DNA of 64,000 nucleotides, from assembly GCA_963664225.1 (NCBI GenBank), contig OY760937.1:1344001-1408000 (forward strand). Direction: 5' to 3'. The translations under genes and the position numbers were made by a program. Of the stretch, positions 19,304-27,953 are shown one piece after another. Below the pieces are notes generated by a model, which was not told the origin of the DNA, did not search any database, and worked only from the letters and a program-made list of their open reading frames with translations. How positions within the stretch are numbered: position 1 is the first letter of the stretch; every line of letters starts with the position of its first letter. This DNA is from Verrucomicrobiia bacterium. GTDB lineage: Bacteria; Verrucomicrobiota; Verrucomicrobiia; Limisphaerales; UBA1319.

Positions 19304-19837
19304 ATGATCACCGGCCCTCCAGAGTGTCGCGGCACGAGTCCCCGCAGGGGTGCGGGTAGCGAGCCTGATGCGCCGCGCTTAGGAGTTCATTTTTCCTCAC
19401 AAACTCCAGAGTGGCCAACCCCGCAGTGGCTATTCGATGCCCTCGACAAAGAGTTTGGTTTCACGCTCGATCCCTGTTCGACGCATACCAATGCAAAGTG
19501 CGCGAAACACTATACGCGAGAAGACAATGGCCTGCTCAAGTCCTGGAGCGATGAGGTCGTTTTTATGAATCCGCCGTATGGCGACGCAATCTCAAGCTGG
19601 ATGGCCAAGGCCCATGGCGCGGCAATGCATGAAGGAGCAACGGTAGTTTGCCTCGTCCCGTCGCGCACGGACACGGCCTGGTGGCACCGATTCTCCATGA
19701 AGCACGAAATCCGGTTCCTACGCGGTCGGCTCAAATTCGGCGACGGGAAAAACTCTGCGCCATTTCCATCCGCCATTATCGTAATGCGCCCTGCAACGTT
19801 TGCTATCCGGGCGTATCCATCCGAACCAGGCGCGTGA
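19304..19837 (+). CDS. Phage-type DNA N6-adenine methyltransferase
   Basis: EWPTPQWLF, FTLDPC, DNGL..SW, FMNPPY, LVPSRTDT.WW, FLRGRLKF and APFPS motifs; start uncertain. Confidence 0.88.
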   Translation: MITGPPECRGTSPRRGAGSEPDAPRLGVHFSSQTPEWPTPQWLFDALDKEFGFTLDPCSTHTNAKCAKHYTREDNGLLKSWSDEVVFMNPPYGDAISSWMAKAHGAAMHEGATVVCLVPSRTDTAWWHRFSMKHEIRFLRGRLKFGDGKNSAPFPSAIIVMRPATFAIRAYPSEPGA

Positions 19838-20371
19838 GCGCCTCCCGCATGAATGACTTTGGATGCGCAAAACATTATGGCGACCGATACTGTAGCCTAA
19901 ACAAATGATTCGCGAAGGTCGTGTTGAGTCGGAAGTATGAATTTCTTCCTGCGGTTAATGCGAATGGTCGGGCCGGGCATGGAACAATTGATGATATAGT
20001 CCGAGGCTGCCACTTCGGGTGCCATTAATAGTTACTTACCCCGCAGTCAGGAAAAATTCCCATGCAATATCCAAATTCTTGTTTTAACGGATTATTGACG
20101 TTCAGCCCGCTTTGCCCGCCAATCTATCGAACACATAAAAATATTTATTATCAGGATTCGCGCCACAAAGGCTCCTGATTGTGTGTGGCAGTAGGAAGCG
20201 CCCAAGAAAAAGTGACGCATTTTGAATGTGACAAGACACATGTGTTGTGTATGTCATAAATCCGCATTGAATGGTTTAAAATTTCAAGCAATTAGCTTTG
20301 CAGTGAGGTCGCTTGCATGCCATGGTGCGGCATGGAGATCACCGGGATCATACGATGTCTGAAGCTGCATC

Positions 20372-21142
20372 ATGAACGAATCAAACCATAATCAGAATGC
20401 CCGTGAAGCGGATTCTGCTCAGGGGCGACACCAGTTGTTGATGATCGATGATGATCGGAAATTGTGTCGTCTGATCAAGGATTACCTTGAGCCGCTGGGT
20501 TACGATGTGCATGCGGCATATACGGGCCCGGAAGGTTTGAGGCAGGCGATTGGCGAATCCTGGCATGCCGTGATTTTGGATGTCATGTTACCGGGGCTGG
20601 ATGGTTGGGAGGTGCTCAAGCAGATTCGTGCGAAATCTAATGTTCCCGTGCTGATGCTGACCGCGAGAGGAGAATCGCCCGACCGGATCGTGGGTTTAGA
20701 GTTGGGCGCCGACGACTACCTGCCAAAGACTTTCACCACCCGCGAATTGCTTGCCCGGTTGAGGGCCGTCATTCGGCGAAGCACGATTCAGAAGCCGGTT
20801 TCTGTGGTGCAGGGGGACGAAGAGTTGGTTGTGGGTGGCTTGAGAATTATGACGGGGTCGCATGTGGCATCGCTGAAAGATCAACCGCTTCCGCTGACCC
20901 CGGTGGAATACGATCTGTTGCTGGCATTGGCGCGCGCCAAAGGACGGGTCAAAACGAGGGAAATGCTGTTGGAGGATATCCGGGATCGCCAATATGAGGC
21001 ATTTGATCGCTCCATCGATGTTCATATTTCCTCATTGCGCAAGAAGATGGGCGATGATCCCAAGACACCCCGTTATATTCGCACGGTCCGCGCGGCTGGT
21101 TACATGCTGGTCAATCCTGGTGAACCTGACTTTGAGCCATGA
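20372..21142 (+). CDS. OmpR/CpxR-family response regulator
   Basis: LLMIDDD, LDVMLPG, GADDYLPK and winged-helix DRSIDVHISSLRKK motifs. Confidence 0.93.
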   Translation: MNESNHNQNAREADSAQGRHQLLMIDDDRKLCRLIKDYLEPLGYDVHAAYTGPEGLRQAIGESWHAVILDVMLPGLDGWEVLKQIRAKSNVPVLMLTARGESPDRIVGLELGADDYLPKTFTTRELLARLRAVIRRSTIQKPVSVVQGDEELVVGGLRIMTGSHVASLKDQPLPLTPVEYDLLLALARAKGRVKTREMLLEDIRDRQYEAFDRSIDVHISSLRKKMGDDPKTPRYIRTVRAAGYMLVNPGEPDFEP

Positions 21143-22641
21143 AAACAGGGCTGCCACTCTATGCAAAGATCCTGATCTGGTTTTTTCTGAACCTGCTTCT
21201 GCTGGTTCTGGCCTTTTGGATTGGCATACGCGCGCAGTTTTACTCAGGACTGGACACGCTGCTGTCCGCGCGGGCGGGTGAGCGAATGCAGGTGGTGGGA
21301 GATCTGGCGGGGAGTGAGTTGCGCGACGCTCCTGTATCCGAATGGGATCGCGTTCTGGCCCGGATCAGCGCGGCTTATAAGGTGCAACTGTTTCTTTTGG
21401 ATGGGGCCGGGAAGGTGTTGGCGGGCGGATCTGTTTCCCTGCCAGCGGCGGTATTGAAGAGGATGGGCGCGGTGGCACCAGCGGTTGCGACCCGGCCGCG
21501 CGGCAGAGGTGGGCCACCTTGGGCGACGGCCGGCACCACCGCGACCGAAGGGGTGGGAATGGGGATGGGGATGGGGATGGGGATGGGGGGCGGCGCGGGG
21601 CTGGGGAGAGAATTCAAGTTTTTCATTCGCACGGACAGCCCAACCCGCTACTGGGCGGGGGTGAGATTGCCAGCCGTGGCGGCGGGCCATCCTGAGTGGC
21701 GTCCCATTACACTTGTGGCCGTATCGGACTCGATGAGCGGTGGTGGGCTATTTTTCGATGTTGGATCTTGGCTGGCCGTGGCCGGTGCGGTGGTCGTTCT
21801 CTCATCACTTTTCTGGCTGCCGCTGGTGCGAGGCATTACGCGTGCCACAAGCCTCATGACGAATGCCACCGGGCAGATGGCCGAGGGACATTTGGAAACC
21901 CGGGTAGAACTGCGCCGGAACGATGAATTGGGGCGGCTTGCGCAATCGATCAACCGAATGGCAGGTCGTCTTGAGACTTACGTTTCCGGTCAGCGCCAGT
22001 TTCTGGGGGCCACGGCACATGAATTATGCTCGCCGCTGGCACGCATGCAGGTCGCGCTGGGGATTCTCGAACAGCGCGCCGCTCCTGAGGATCGGGAACG
22101 CTTGATGGATTTGCGTGAGGACGTCGATTCCATGTCGCGAATGGTTCATGAATTACTCTCGTTTTCCAAAGCGTCCTTTGGCACCGCCGCAGTTCAACTT
22201 CAGTCGATTCCGCTGTTATCCGCTGTTGAACGCACCGTTCAGAGGGAGGTGCCACCGGTAACGCCCGTCCAGATTCGCATCCCCGAAAATCTTGCGGTAA
22301 TGGCCGAACCGGACCTGCTGCAACGCGCATTGGGTAACATTCTGCGCAATGCAGTCCGTTACGCTGGTAGCGCAGGACCTGTCATCATCACGGCGGAGAA
22401 GAGCGCAGGCGGTGTGTCTTTGTGCATTGCGGACTGCGGGCCGGGTGTGCCTGAGGAGGCGCTGCCCTTGTTGTTCGATCCATTTTACCGTGTGGAAAGC
22501 TCGCGTTCGAGAGATACGGGCGGGGCGGGGCTTGGCCTGACGATCGTGAAAACTTGTGTCGAAGCCTGTGGAGGTTCCGTGAGTTGCCGTAACCGGAAAC
22601 CGACTGGTTTTGAAGTTCTGGTCAGGTTAGCCGTTATTTGA
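21139..22641 (+). CDS. HAMP-domain sensor histidine kinase (CpxA-like)
   Basis: Two TM segments, DELG.LA HAMP, AHELCSPL H-box, and N, G1 and G2 boxes; ATGA overlap with the regulator. Confidence 0.92.
   Translation: MKTGLPLYAKILIWFFLNLLLLVLAFWIGIRAQFYSGLDTLLSARAGERMQVVGDLAGSELRDAPVSEWDRVLARISAAYKVQLFLLDGAGKVLAGGSVSLPAAVLKRMGAVAPAVATRPRGRGGPPWATAGTTATEGVGMGMGMGMGMGGGAGLGREFKFFIRTDSPTRYWAGVRLPAVAAGHPEWRPITLVAVSDSMSGGGLFFDVGSWLAVAGAVVVLSSLFWLPLVRGITRATSLMTNATGQMAEGHLETRVELRRNDELGRLAQSINRMAGRLETYVSGQRQFLGATAHELCSPLARMQVALGILEQRAAPEDRERLMDLREDVDSMSRMVHELLSFSKASFGTAAVQLQSIPLLSAVERTVQREVPPVTPVQIRIPENLAVMAEPDLLQRALGNILRNAVRYAGSAGPVIITAEKSAGGVSLCIADCGPGVPEEALPLLFDPFYRVESSRSRDTGGAGLGLTIVKTCVEACGGSVSCRNRKPTGFEVLVRLAVI
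21559..21588 (+). repeat. (ATGGGG)5 in-frame microsatellite encoding MGMGMGMGMG
   Basis: Five perfect hexamer units read directly. Confidence 0.95.
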
Positions 22642-22728
22642 GGACCGAAAACTGGGTGCACCAGTTACCAAAATCTCGATCAATTCCGTGAGCAGGAATT
22701 AACCTCCAAAATCTGCCGAGGAGGAACT

Positions 22729-22748
22729 TTTACAATTCCTTTACAATT
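22729..22748 (+). promoter_or_regulatory. OmpR-type direct repeat TTTACAATT x2 with 11-bp period
   Basis: TTTACAATT at 22729 and 22740, between the kinase and the next gene; resembles the reverse complement of CpxR GTAAA boxes. Confidence 0.55.
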
Positions 22749-22874
22749 TTCCCAGGTTTTCCACACACAAGCTTTACGTGGAGGGAGTCTGTTTATGTTG
22801 AAGCCAGCAACCGGGCGCTGATTAGGCGAACAGCGGCGGACTGGTAAAAAGAAATAACGAACAACATTACTATC

Positions 22875-23408
22875 ATGAAAACAAAGATTTCATTCATCCT
22901 GAGTCTGGCATTTGCTGCGGGCGTGCTCGCGGTTCAGGCCCAAAACACTCCAGCCCAGTCCCCAAGTCCCACAATTACACGGGGCCCGGTCTGGCGTCTG
23001 ACCCCCGAACAACGGGCTGAACGTCAGCAATTCATCCAGGCAACCGTTTTGGACCTGCAGGCCAGGCGGGACAACGGAACCATCAATGCCAATGAAAAAG
23101 CATGGTTGGACCGCATGGAACAAGCCGGAGGCCTTTGTGCTAACGGTGTTCCGCGGGGTGGTGGCCGGGGCGCCGGGCTTGGCCCTCGAAACGGCACCGG
23201 CCCTGGGGCTCAACTCGGAATATGTCCACTGGTTAACGGTTCGCCAGCAGTATCGACTCGTGCGACAGGTTTCCGTGGCCGCGGTTGTGGCATGGGATGG
23301 CGGGGAGGTTGTGGACGTGGCCAGGGTGGAGGTTTTGGGATGCGGAATGGCACAGGGCCGCGTGCCCAGGACGGAACCTGTCCGTTATTGGCACCGGTGA
23401 CGAAATAA
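22875..23408 (+). CDS. Exported Gly/Arg/Cys-rich hypothetical protein
   Basis: Signal peptide (..AVQA-Q), LTPEQRAER helix and two RNGTGP.AQ.G.CPL repeats. Confidence 0.75.
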   Translation: MKTKISFILSLAFAAGVLAVQAQNTPAQSPSPTITRGPVWRLTPEQRAERQQFIQATVLDLQARRDNGTINANEKAWLDRMEQAGGLCANGVPRGGGRGAGLGPRNGTGPGAQLGICPLVNGSPAVSTRATGFRGRGCGMGWRGGCGRGQGGGFGMRNGTGPRAQDGTCPLLAPVTK

Positions 23409-23515
23409 CTGGCCCACGAAACCTTCGATAACGGGTGGCATCATTCAAAGCCATCCGTTTTACGTTTTGTTGAGGAATGTTCTGTGGCAAGTCCCGCCTG
23501 AATCTCCATTAGGAC

Positions 23516-23911
23516 TTAACGCGTCTTACCGGTGGTGATTGGCGCGTTCAGGATTTTAGCGGCGCGTCCATAGGAACCCAGGTTCAAAACATTGCCATAT
23601 CCCATTCGTTTGAGCATGCCTTTGGCAATGGCGCTACGCCCGCCGCTAAGACAGTGCAGGAGTAAGCCTTGGTCCTTGTTCGGGGCGTATTGACCAATCT
23701 CATCTCTCAAATGATCGAGAGGAATGTTAATTGTGCCAGGAAGATGGCGATCCTGATATTCATCGACACCACGCACATCGATGACCTTTGCGCCTTTTTC
23801 AAGCCAATCCTTTGTTGTCTTGGGGCTGGCCAGACTCATTCTTTTCAATAGGAGAAAAATGACCACGGCAGCACCGATCAAAATCCAATAATTAGAATTC
23901 ATTAGCATCAA
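23516..23911 (-). CDS. Membrane-anchored rhodanese
   Basis: N-terminal TM; VIDVR..EY...HLPG.INIP and HCLSGGRS motifs. Confidence 0.88.
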   Translation of the reverse strand: MMLMNSNYWILIGAAVVIFLLLKRMSLASPKTTKDWLEKGAKVIDVRGVDEYQDRHLPGTINIPLDHLRDEIGQYAPNKDQGLLLHCLSGGRSAIAKGMLKRMGYGNVLNLGSYGRAAKILNAPITTGKTR

Positions 23912-23986
23912 AGGACGAGTCTTGGAATCTTAAGTTAAATTTACGCAGTCGGTCCTGCATTGGTTTCCGTTTGAACCGGTATCGAG

Positions 23987-24148
23987 TTATCCGATGCTGC
24001 TGCCAATCATGGTACCCATCAGCATGCCGTAAATCGTGCTGGACCAGGGATTGCTTGTAATGGGGCAAGTGCCTGTCGCACAACCGATGAATTTGTAATA
24101 GGCAAAGCCGGCAATGCCACCGATCAGTGCTCCAATGACGTATCGCAT
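23987..24148 (-). CDS. DUF6132-like small membrane protein
   Basis: GGIAGFAYYKFIGCATGTCPITSNP. Confidence 0.75.
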   Translation of the reverse strand: MRYVIGALIGGIAGFAYYKFIGCATGTCPITSNPWSSTIYGMLMGTMIGSSIG

Positions 24149-24237
24149 AAGTTTTTTTCTCGGTTTGGGCTGAAATGCCATGAAATCGGCATCCTTGTTC
24201 ATTTGTTTTGGTTCCATATAAAAGAGGGGAGCCAACG

Positions 24238-24567
24238 TTACACGGCAACGACTGTGCCAGTGCTGTTCAAAAGAGCCGCCAATTGTTTTTGAGACTGGAA
24301 TCCCATCGCCTTTTGCACGACCTTGCCACCACTAAACACCAGGAGTGTTGGCACTGCGGTAATCCCATATTGCCCGGCTAGTTCGGGCGATTCGTCGATG
24401 TCCACCTTGACGACCTTGGCCTTGCCTTGAAATTCCTGTGCCACAGACTCAAGCACTGGCCCAAGCATTTTGCAGGGGCCGCACCAGGTCGCAAAGAAAT
24501 CCACCAATACGGGCATTTCGGATTTGAGGACTTCCTGGTCGAAATCGTTTTTATTTATCGCATTCAT
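24238..24567 (-). CDS. trxA: Thioredoxin
   Basis: VLVDFFATWCGPCK and cis-Pro VPT; start at ATG 24567. Confidence 0.93.
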   Translation of the reverse strand: MNAINKNDFDQEVLKSEMPVLVDFFATWCGPCKMLGPVLESVAQEFQGKAKVVKVDIDESPELAGQYGITAVPTLLVFSGGKVVQKAMGFQSQKQLAALLNSTGTVVAV

Positions 24568-24601
24568 AGTTTGATTTGAATTCACCGTTACGCAATGAAT
24601 G

Positions 24602-24628
24602 GAGCCGGGAAGTGCCAAAAGGTTACAA
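24602..24628 (-). promoter_or_regulatory. ECF-type promoter TTGTAAC-N15-GGCTC for trxA
   Basis: The same motif with identical spacing occurs at 25338, 31987 and 35153. Confidence 0.7.
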
Positions 24629-25261
24629 ATGATCGAATCCGATAACGATGCGGTTCTGGTGAGTCGCGCCAAAGAGGGCGATCTCGCCGCCTTCGAAGCG
24701 CTCGCCACCCGATACGAGCGGCGCGTGTATTCGCTGGCACTGCGCATACTCCGGCATGAGCAGGATGCCGAGGATGTGACGCAGCAGACCTTTCTTAATG
24801 TCCTGGAACACCTTTCCGGTTTTCGCGCGGAGTCGAGTTTTGCCACATGGTTGATGCGGATTGCGACGCATGCGGCGTTGAAGATCATCCGCAAACGCCG
24901 CGGCCTGGAAACCGTGTCTCTGGAGGAAACCACGGAGCCTCAGGACGGCTCCGACAATATTCCCCATCCTGAATACATTGCCGACTGGCGTGAATCCCCC
25001 GAGCGGCTCGTTCATCGCAATGAAACAATGCAGCTCATCGACGACGCCCTTTCTCAGTTGGATGAAAAACATCGGTTGGTGTTTCTTTTGCGCGACGTTG
25101 AGGGGCTTTCGATCCAGGAAACGGCTGAGACGCTGGACCTGAGTGAAGCCAATGTCAAAGTGCGGTTGCTGCGGGCACGGTTGCAGTTGCGCGAGATGTT
25201 GACCAAGGCTTTCGGCGATCCCAGCCGAAAGATGGTGCGCGAACATCACCATCACCAGTAA
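24629..25261 (+). CDS. ECF RNA polymerase sigma factor
   Basis: GD..AFE.L, DAEDVTQQTF, F.TWL.RIA, VFLLRDVEGLS.QETA and VKVRLLRAR motifs. Confidence 0.93.
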   Translation: MIESDNDAVLVSRAKEGDLAAFEALATRYERRVYSLALRILRHEQDAEDVTQQTFLNVLEHLSGFRAESSFATWLMRIATHAALKIIRKRRGLETVSLEETTEPQDGSDNIPHPEYIADWRESPERLVHRNETMQLIDDALSQLDEKHRLVFLLRDVEGLSIQETAETLDLSEANVKVRLLRARLQLREMLTKAFGDPSRKMVREHHHHQ

Positions 25262-25337
25262 CAATGGCGGGCGCACCAATCGATGAAAAACCGCTATAAT
25301 CCCAAAACCTTGTTGTGTGAAAAAAGTCAGGTTTACG

Positions 25338-25364
25338 TTGTAACTATTTTGGGTCTCCGGGCTC
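25338..25364 (+). promoter_or_regulatory. ECF-type promoter TTGTAAC-N15-GGCTC for the anti-sigma gene
   Basis: TTGTAAC TATTTTGGGTCTCCG GGCTC, 24 nt before ATG 25389. Confidence 0.7.
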
Positions 25365-25388
25365 TGATCCAAAAGTAAGCATGTAATT

Positions 25389-25646
25389 ATGAAATGCGAA
25401 GAACTGCTGGCGATGCTCAATGAATACGTGGACGGTTCGGTGGATCCGGCCATCTGCGACGCATTTGAGGAGCACCTGGCGGGATGCAATCCATGCCAGG
25501 TCGTCGTCGATAACATTCGGCAAACCATCACCCTTTATAAGGAAGGAAAACCCTATGAACTGCCCGTTGTCTTTCGGGAGCGCTTGCACGAGGTGCTGCG
25601 ACAGCAGTGGAAGGAAAAATACACGACACATGGAGACAAACCATGA
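25389..25646 (+). CDS. Soluble zf-HC2 (ZAS) anti-sigma factor
   Basis: MKCEE...EYVDG...EEHLAGCNPC (HxxxCxxC); no TM segment. Confidence 0.88.
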   Translation: MKCEELLAMLNEYVDGSVDPAICDAFEEHLAGCNPCQVVVDNIRQTITLYKEGKPYELPVVFRERLHEVLRQQWKEKYTTHGDKP

Positions 25647-26095
25647 GTGATGACTGTGAGCTGCCGATTCAAAACGCATCAGACGATGAGATTCGGCATA
25701 TTCTTGCCACAGCCAGGACCATTGCCATCGTTGGTTTGTCGCCCAATCCCGACCGTGATAGCTACCGTGTTGCGGCTTATCTTCAACAACACGGTTACAC
25801 GATTATTCCGGTTAATCCCAGTGCAACCGAAATTCTAGGCGGAAAGTCCTATCCAAGTTTGCGCGAAGTCCCGAGGCCAGTGGACATCGTGGATATTTTT
25901 AGAAAACCGGAAGCGGTGCCGGAGATTGTGGACGAAGCCATTGCCATCGGCGCCCGGGTCATATGGATGCAGTTGGGCATCGCACATTATTTAGCGGCCG
26001 ACAAGGCAAGGGCTGCCGGTCTGCAGGTGGTCATGAGCCGGTGCATCATGATTGAGCATCGAAACTTGGGGATGATTGACCGTGCGGGCGGGTAA
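25643..26095 (+). CDS. CoA-binding protein (YccU-like)
   Basis: TIAIVGLS, IIPVNP, VDIVDIFR and WMQLGI motifs. Confidence 0.88.
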   Translation: MSDDCELPIQNASDDEIRHILATARTIAIVGLSPNPDRDSYRVAAYLQQHGYTIIPVNPSATEILGGKSYPSLREVPRPVDIVDIFRKPEAVPEIVDEAIAIGARVIWMQLGIAHYLAADKARAAGLQVVMSRCIMIEHRNLGMIDRAGG

Positions 26096-26238
26096 CGTCT
26101 AATTCAACCGGGACGCCGCAAAGATTAAGAAATCCCATACGAGCGAGAATTGTCCTAAATGTCCTTGGTGGCAGGGTGGCCGCGGGATGCCTATATCTTT
26201 GTTAATCGCTCTTCAGCTTGGGAACAGGCTGCAAACCA

Positions 26239-26460
26239 TCACTGGGATTTGCCATCAGCCTTTTCGGAAAACGGCTCATGGGCTTTACGGCCGTACACCC
26301 GTTCATACGCGCGGCAGAAAGGGCAAAGATGGCGTTCCACCCGGCTGGTCAGTTGGAAGGCCAGGCCCTTTTGATTCTTGCGAGCGTGCCGACATACAGG
26401 ACAGCTCAGGCACACGTTCGCCAAAGCGCAGTCGAGGTTGCTTGGAGTGTTTTGATTCAT
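26239..26460 (-). CDS. Small Cys-rich protein (CxxCxxC...CPFC)
   Basis: CLSCPVCRHAR...CPFCRAYERVYGRKAHE; abuts the MBL gene stop. Confidence 0.7.
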   Translation of the reverse strand: MNQNTPSNLDCALANVCLSCPVCRHARKNQKGLAFQLTSRVERHLCPFCRAYERVYGRKAHEPFSEKADGKSQ

Positions 26461-26461
26461 T

Positions 26462-27319
26462 CTAACATTTCGTCTCGTCGATTTCTAATGTGATCCGGCT
26501 TCCAGTGGAACAAGAAAAGCATTTTCCGGGGAAGGCATTCCAAAGGGCGGCGGTGGCAGCGCATCCGGTGCAATGCGCAGGACCGATGCGCTGCACTCCC
26601 ATCTGGCGCAGTGCGGCAATGGTCTGAGCGATGCGGTCAGGGGATGCTGCAAGAAGGTGCATACCGCCCATGACCGTATGGATGGGTTTTCCTTTGGTGA
26701 CCTGCTGAATGTATTGCAGCGTGTTCACCACTCCCGCATGAGCGCAGCCGAGGATTACGTTGATCCCTTGCTGGCTTTCAATAAACAGGGCTTGATCGTC
26801 AGCCAACGGATCTGGCTGGGTGCAGGCGTCATTCAGGAAGAAACGACCGCCCACGTCCTCGTAAGGGGTCGTGCGTGGAATCTGACCGGTCATGAAAACA
26901 CCTTCGTAAATTTCAGTCACACCCGTGGTCCACGTTACCAAGGATGAGCGATTTCGAATCGCGCTGGCAATTTCGACAGGCATGCCGATAGCCCGCGACG
27001 TGCCATCCTTGTCGCGAGTGTATTTGGGCTTCAAAGCGTCCGGGTGAACAAAGACGCGCGAGTTCGATGCCTGCGGCAGGAGTTCTTTCAAGCCACCATT
27101 GTGATCATAATGCCCGTGACTCAACACGATGGTGTCCAGCGTCTCCAGGGAAATACCCAGCTTTTGGGCATTGTGAAAGAGGACTTGCGTTTGGCCGACA
27201 TCCATCAGAATTCTTTGTGGGCCAGCCTCGATATAAAACGCCAATCCATGTTCAGCCAGCAGTCCGCGAGTATTGACGGTGTTTTCAATGAGTGTGGTTA
27301 CGTGGATTGGATTATTCAC
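26462..27319 (-). CDS. MBL-fold metallo-hydrolase
   Basis: AEHGL, LSHGHYDH, GCAHAG, GGMHL and HCTG motifs; GTG start overlapping the upstream stop. Confidence 0.88.
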   Translation of the reverse strand: MNNPIHVTTLIENTVNTRGLLAEHGLAFYIEAGPQRILMDVGQTQVLFHNAQKLGISLETLDTIVLSHGHYDHNGGLKELLPQASNSRVFVHPDALKPKYTRDKDGTSRAIGMPVEIASAIRNRSSLVTWTTGVTEIYEGVFMTGQIPRTTPYEDVGGRFFLNDACTQPDPLADDQALFIESQQGINVILGCAHAGVVNTLQYIQQVTKGKPIHTVMGGMHLLAASPDRIAQTIAALRQMGVQRIGPAHCTGCAATAALWNAFPGKCFSCSTGSRITLEIDETKC

Positions 27320-27762
27320 ATTGGTTTTTCCATGAATTTTGCGGTTGCGGCGGCCATCACTGAATTGGTTTGCATCAGTTCGGCACGAAGCTGATGAAGA
27401 CGGGCATTGGATTGCGCAACCCAGGCGCGAATTGTTACCTTTTCTCCTGCAGCAACGGCTTTGCGATAGCGCACTTTCAATTCTGCAGTCACCGCCACGC
27501 ATCCATAAGCGAATATGCAATTCGTCATCGCTCCATCGAGCAATGCTGCGATGACGCCCCCATGCAGCATGCCATCATATCCTTGAAACACGGAGCCACC
27601 TGTGAAAGAGCCTTCAACGCTTCCGTCCGGATTCAGCGTGTATTCAACTTTTAATCCCAGCGGATTGGCGGGACTGCATACCACGCACAAGGAATGCGTT
27701 TGCTGACGGAGTCTCTCAAGCGTATCGGCGCTGAATGGGTTTTGATTTTGCACCTGGCACAT
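27316..27762 (-). CDS. PaaI-family hot-dog thioesterase with N-terminal CxxC
   Basis: CVVC..NP.GL, HGGVIAALLDGAM and TAELKVRY motifs. Confidence 0.85.
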   Translation of the reverse strand: MCQVQNQNPFSADTLERLRQQTHSLCVVCSPANPLGLKVEYTLNPDGSVEGSFTGGSVFQGYDGMLHGGVIAALLDGAMTNCIFAYGCVAVTAELKVRYRKAVAAGEKVTIRAWVAQSNARLHQLRAELMQTNSVMAAATAKFMEKPM

Positions 27763-27777
27763 TTGCTGTAAACCAGT

Positions 27778-27793
27778 AGCACTGATAATGCCA
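27778..27793 (-). promoter_or_regulatory. Sigma54 -24/-12 promoter TGGCATTATCAGTGCT
   Basis: GG-N10-GC on the minus strand, just upstream of the PaaI start. Confidence 0.7.
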
Positions 27794-27882
27794 CATAAAA
27801 AGCGGGAAATGATCGTGCTGCATCTTGCTGCGCATAAGATTGTTACACCTGCGTCGTTTTTAGAATACACAATGCGAAAACA

Positions 27883-27927
27883 TTGCGTATTGCCATGATT
27901 GGGCACGCCGACTCTTGCAAAATGCAA
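27883..27927. promoter_or_regulatory. Paired enhancer palindromes TTGCGTATTGCCA / TTGCAAAATGCAA
   Basis: The two 13-mers are 32 bp apart and about 90 bp from the sigma54 promoter; a matching pair lies at 29411/29444. Confidence 0.65.
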
Positions 27928-27953
27928 TGGTCGTCTTACCATGTCGCCTGAAC

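Noticed and set aside
19304..19837. Prophage or restriction-modification system
   Set aside because: No structural phage genes and no cognate endonuclease are nearby; it looks like an orphan methylase.
24568..24933. 231-aa extended thioredoxin ORF
   Set aside because: The extension overlaps the ECF sigma gene antisense and runs through the trxA promoter; the real start is 24567.
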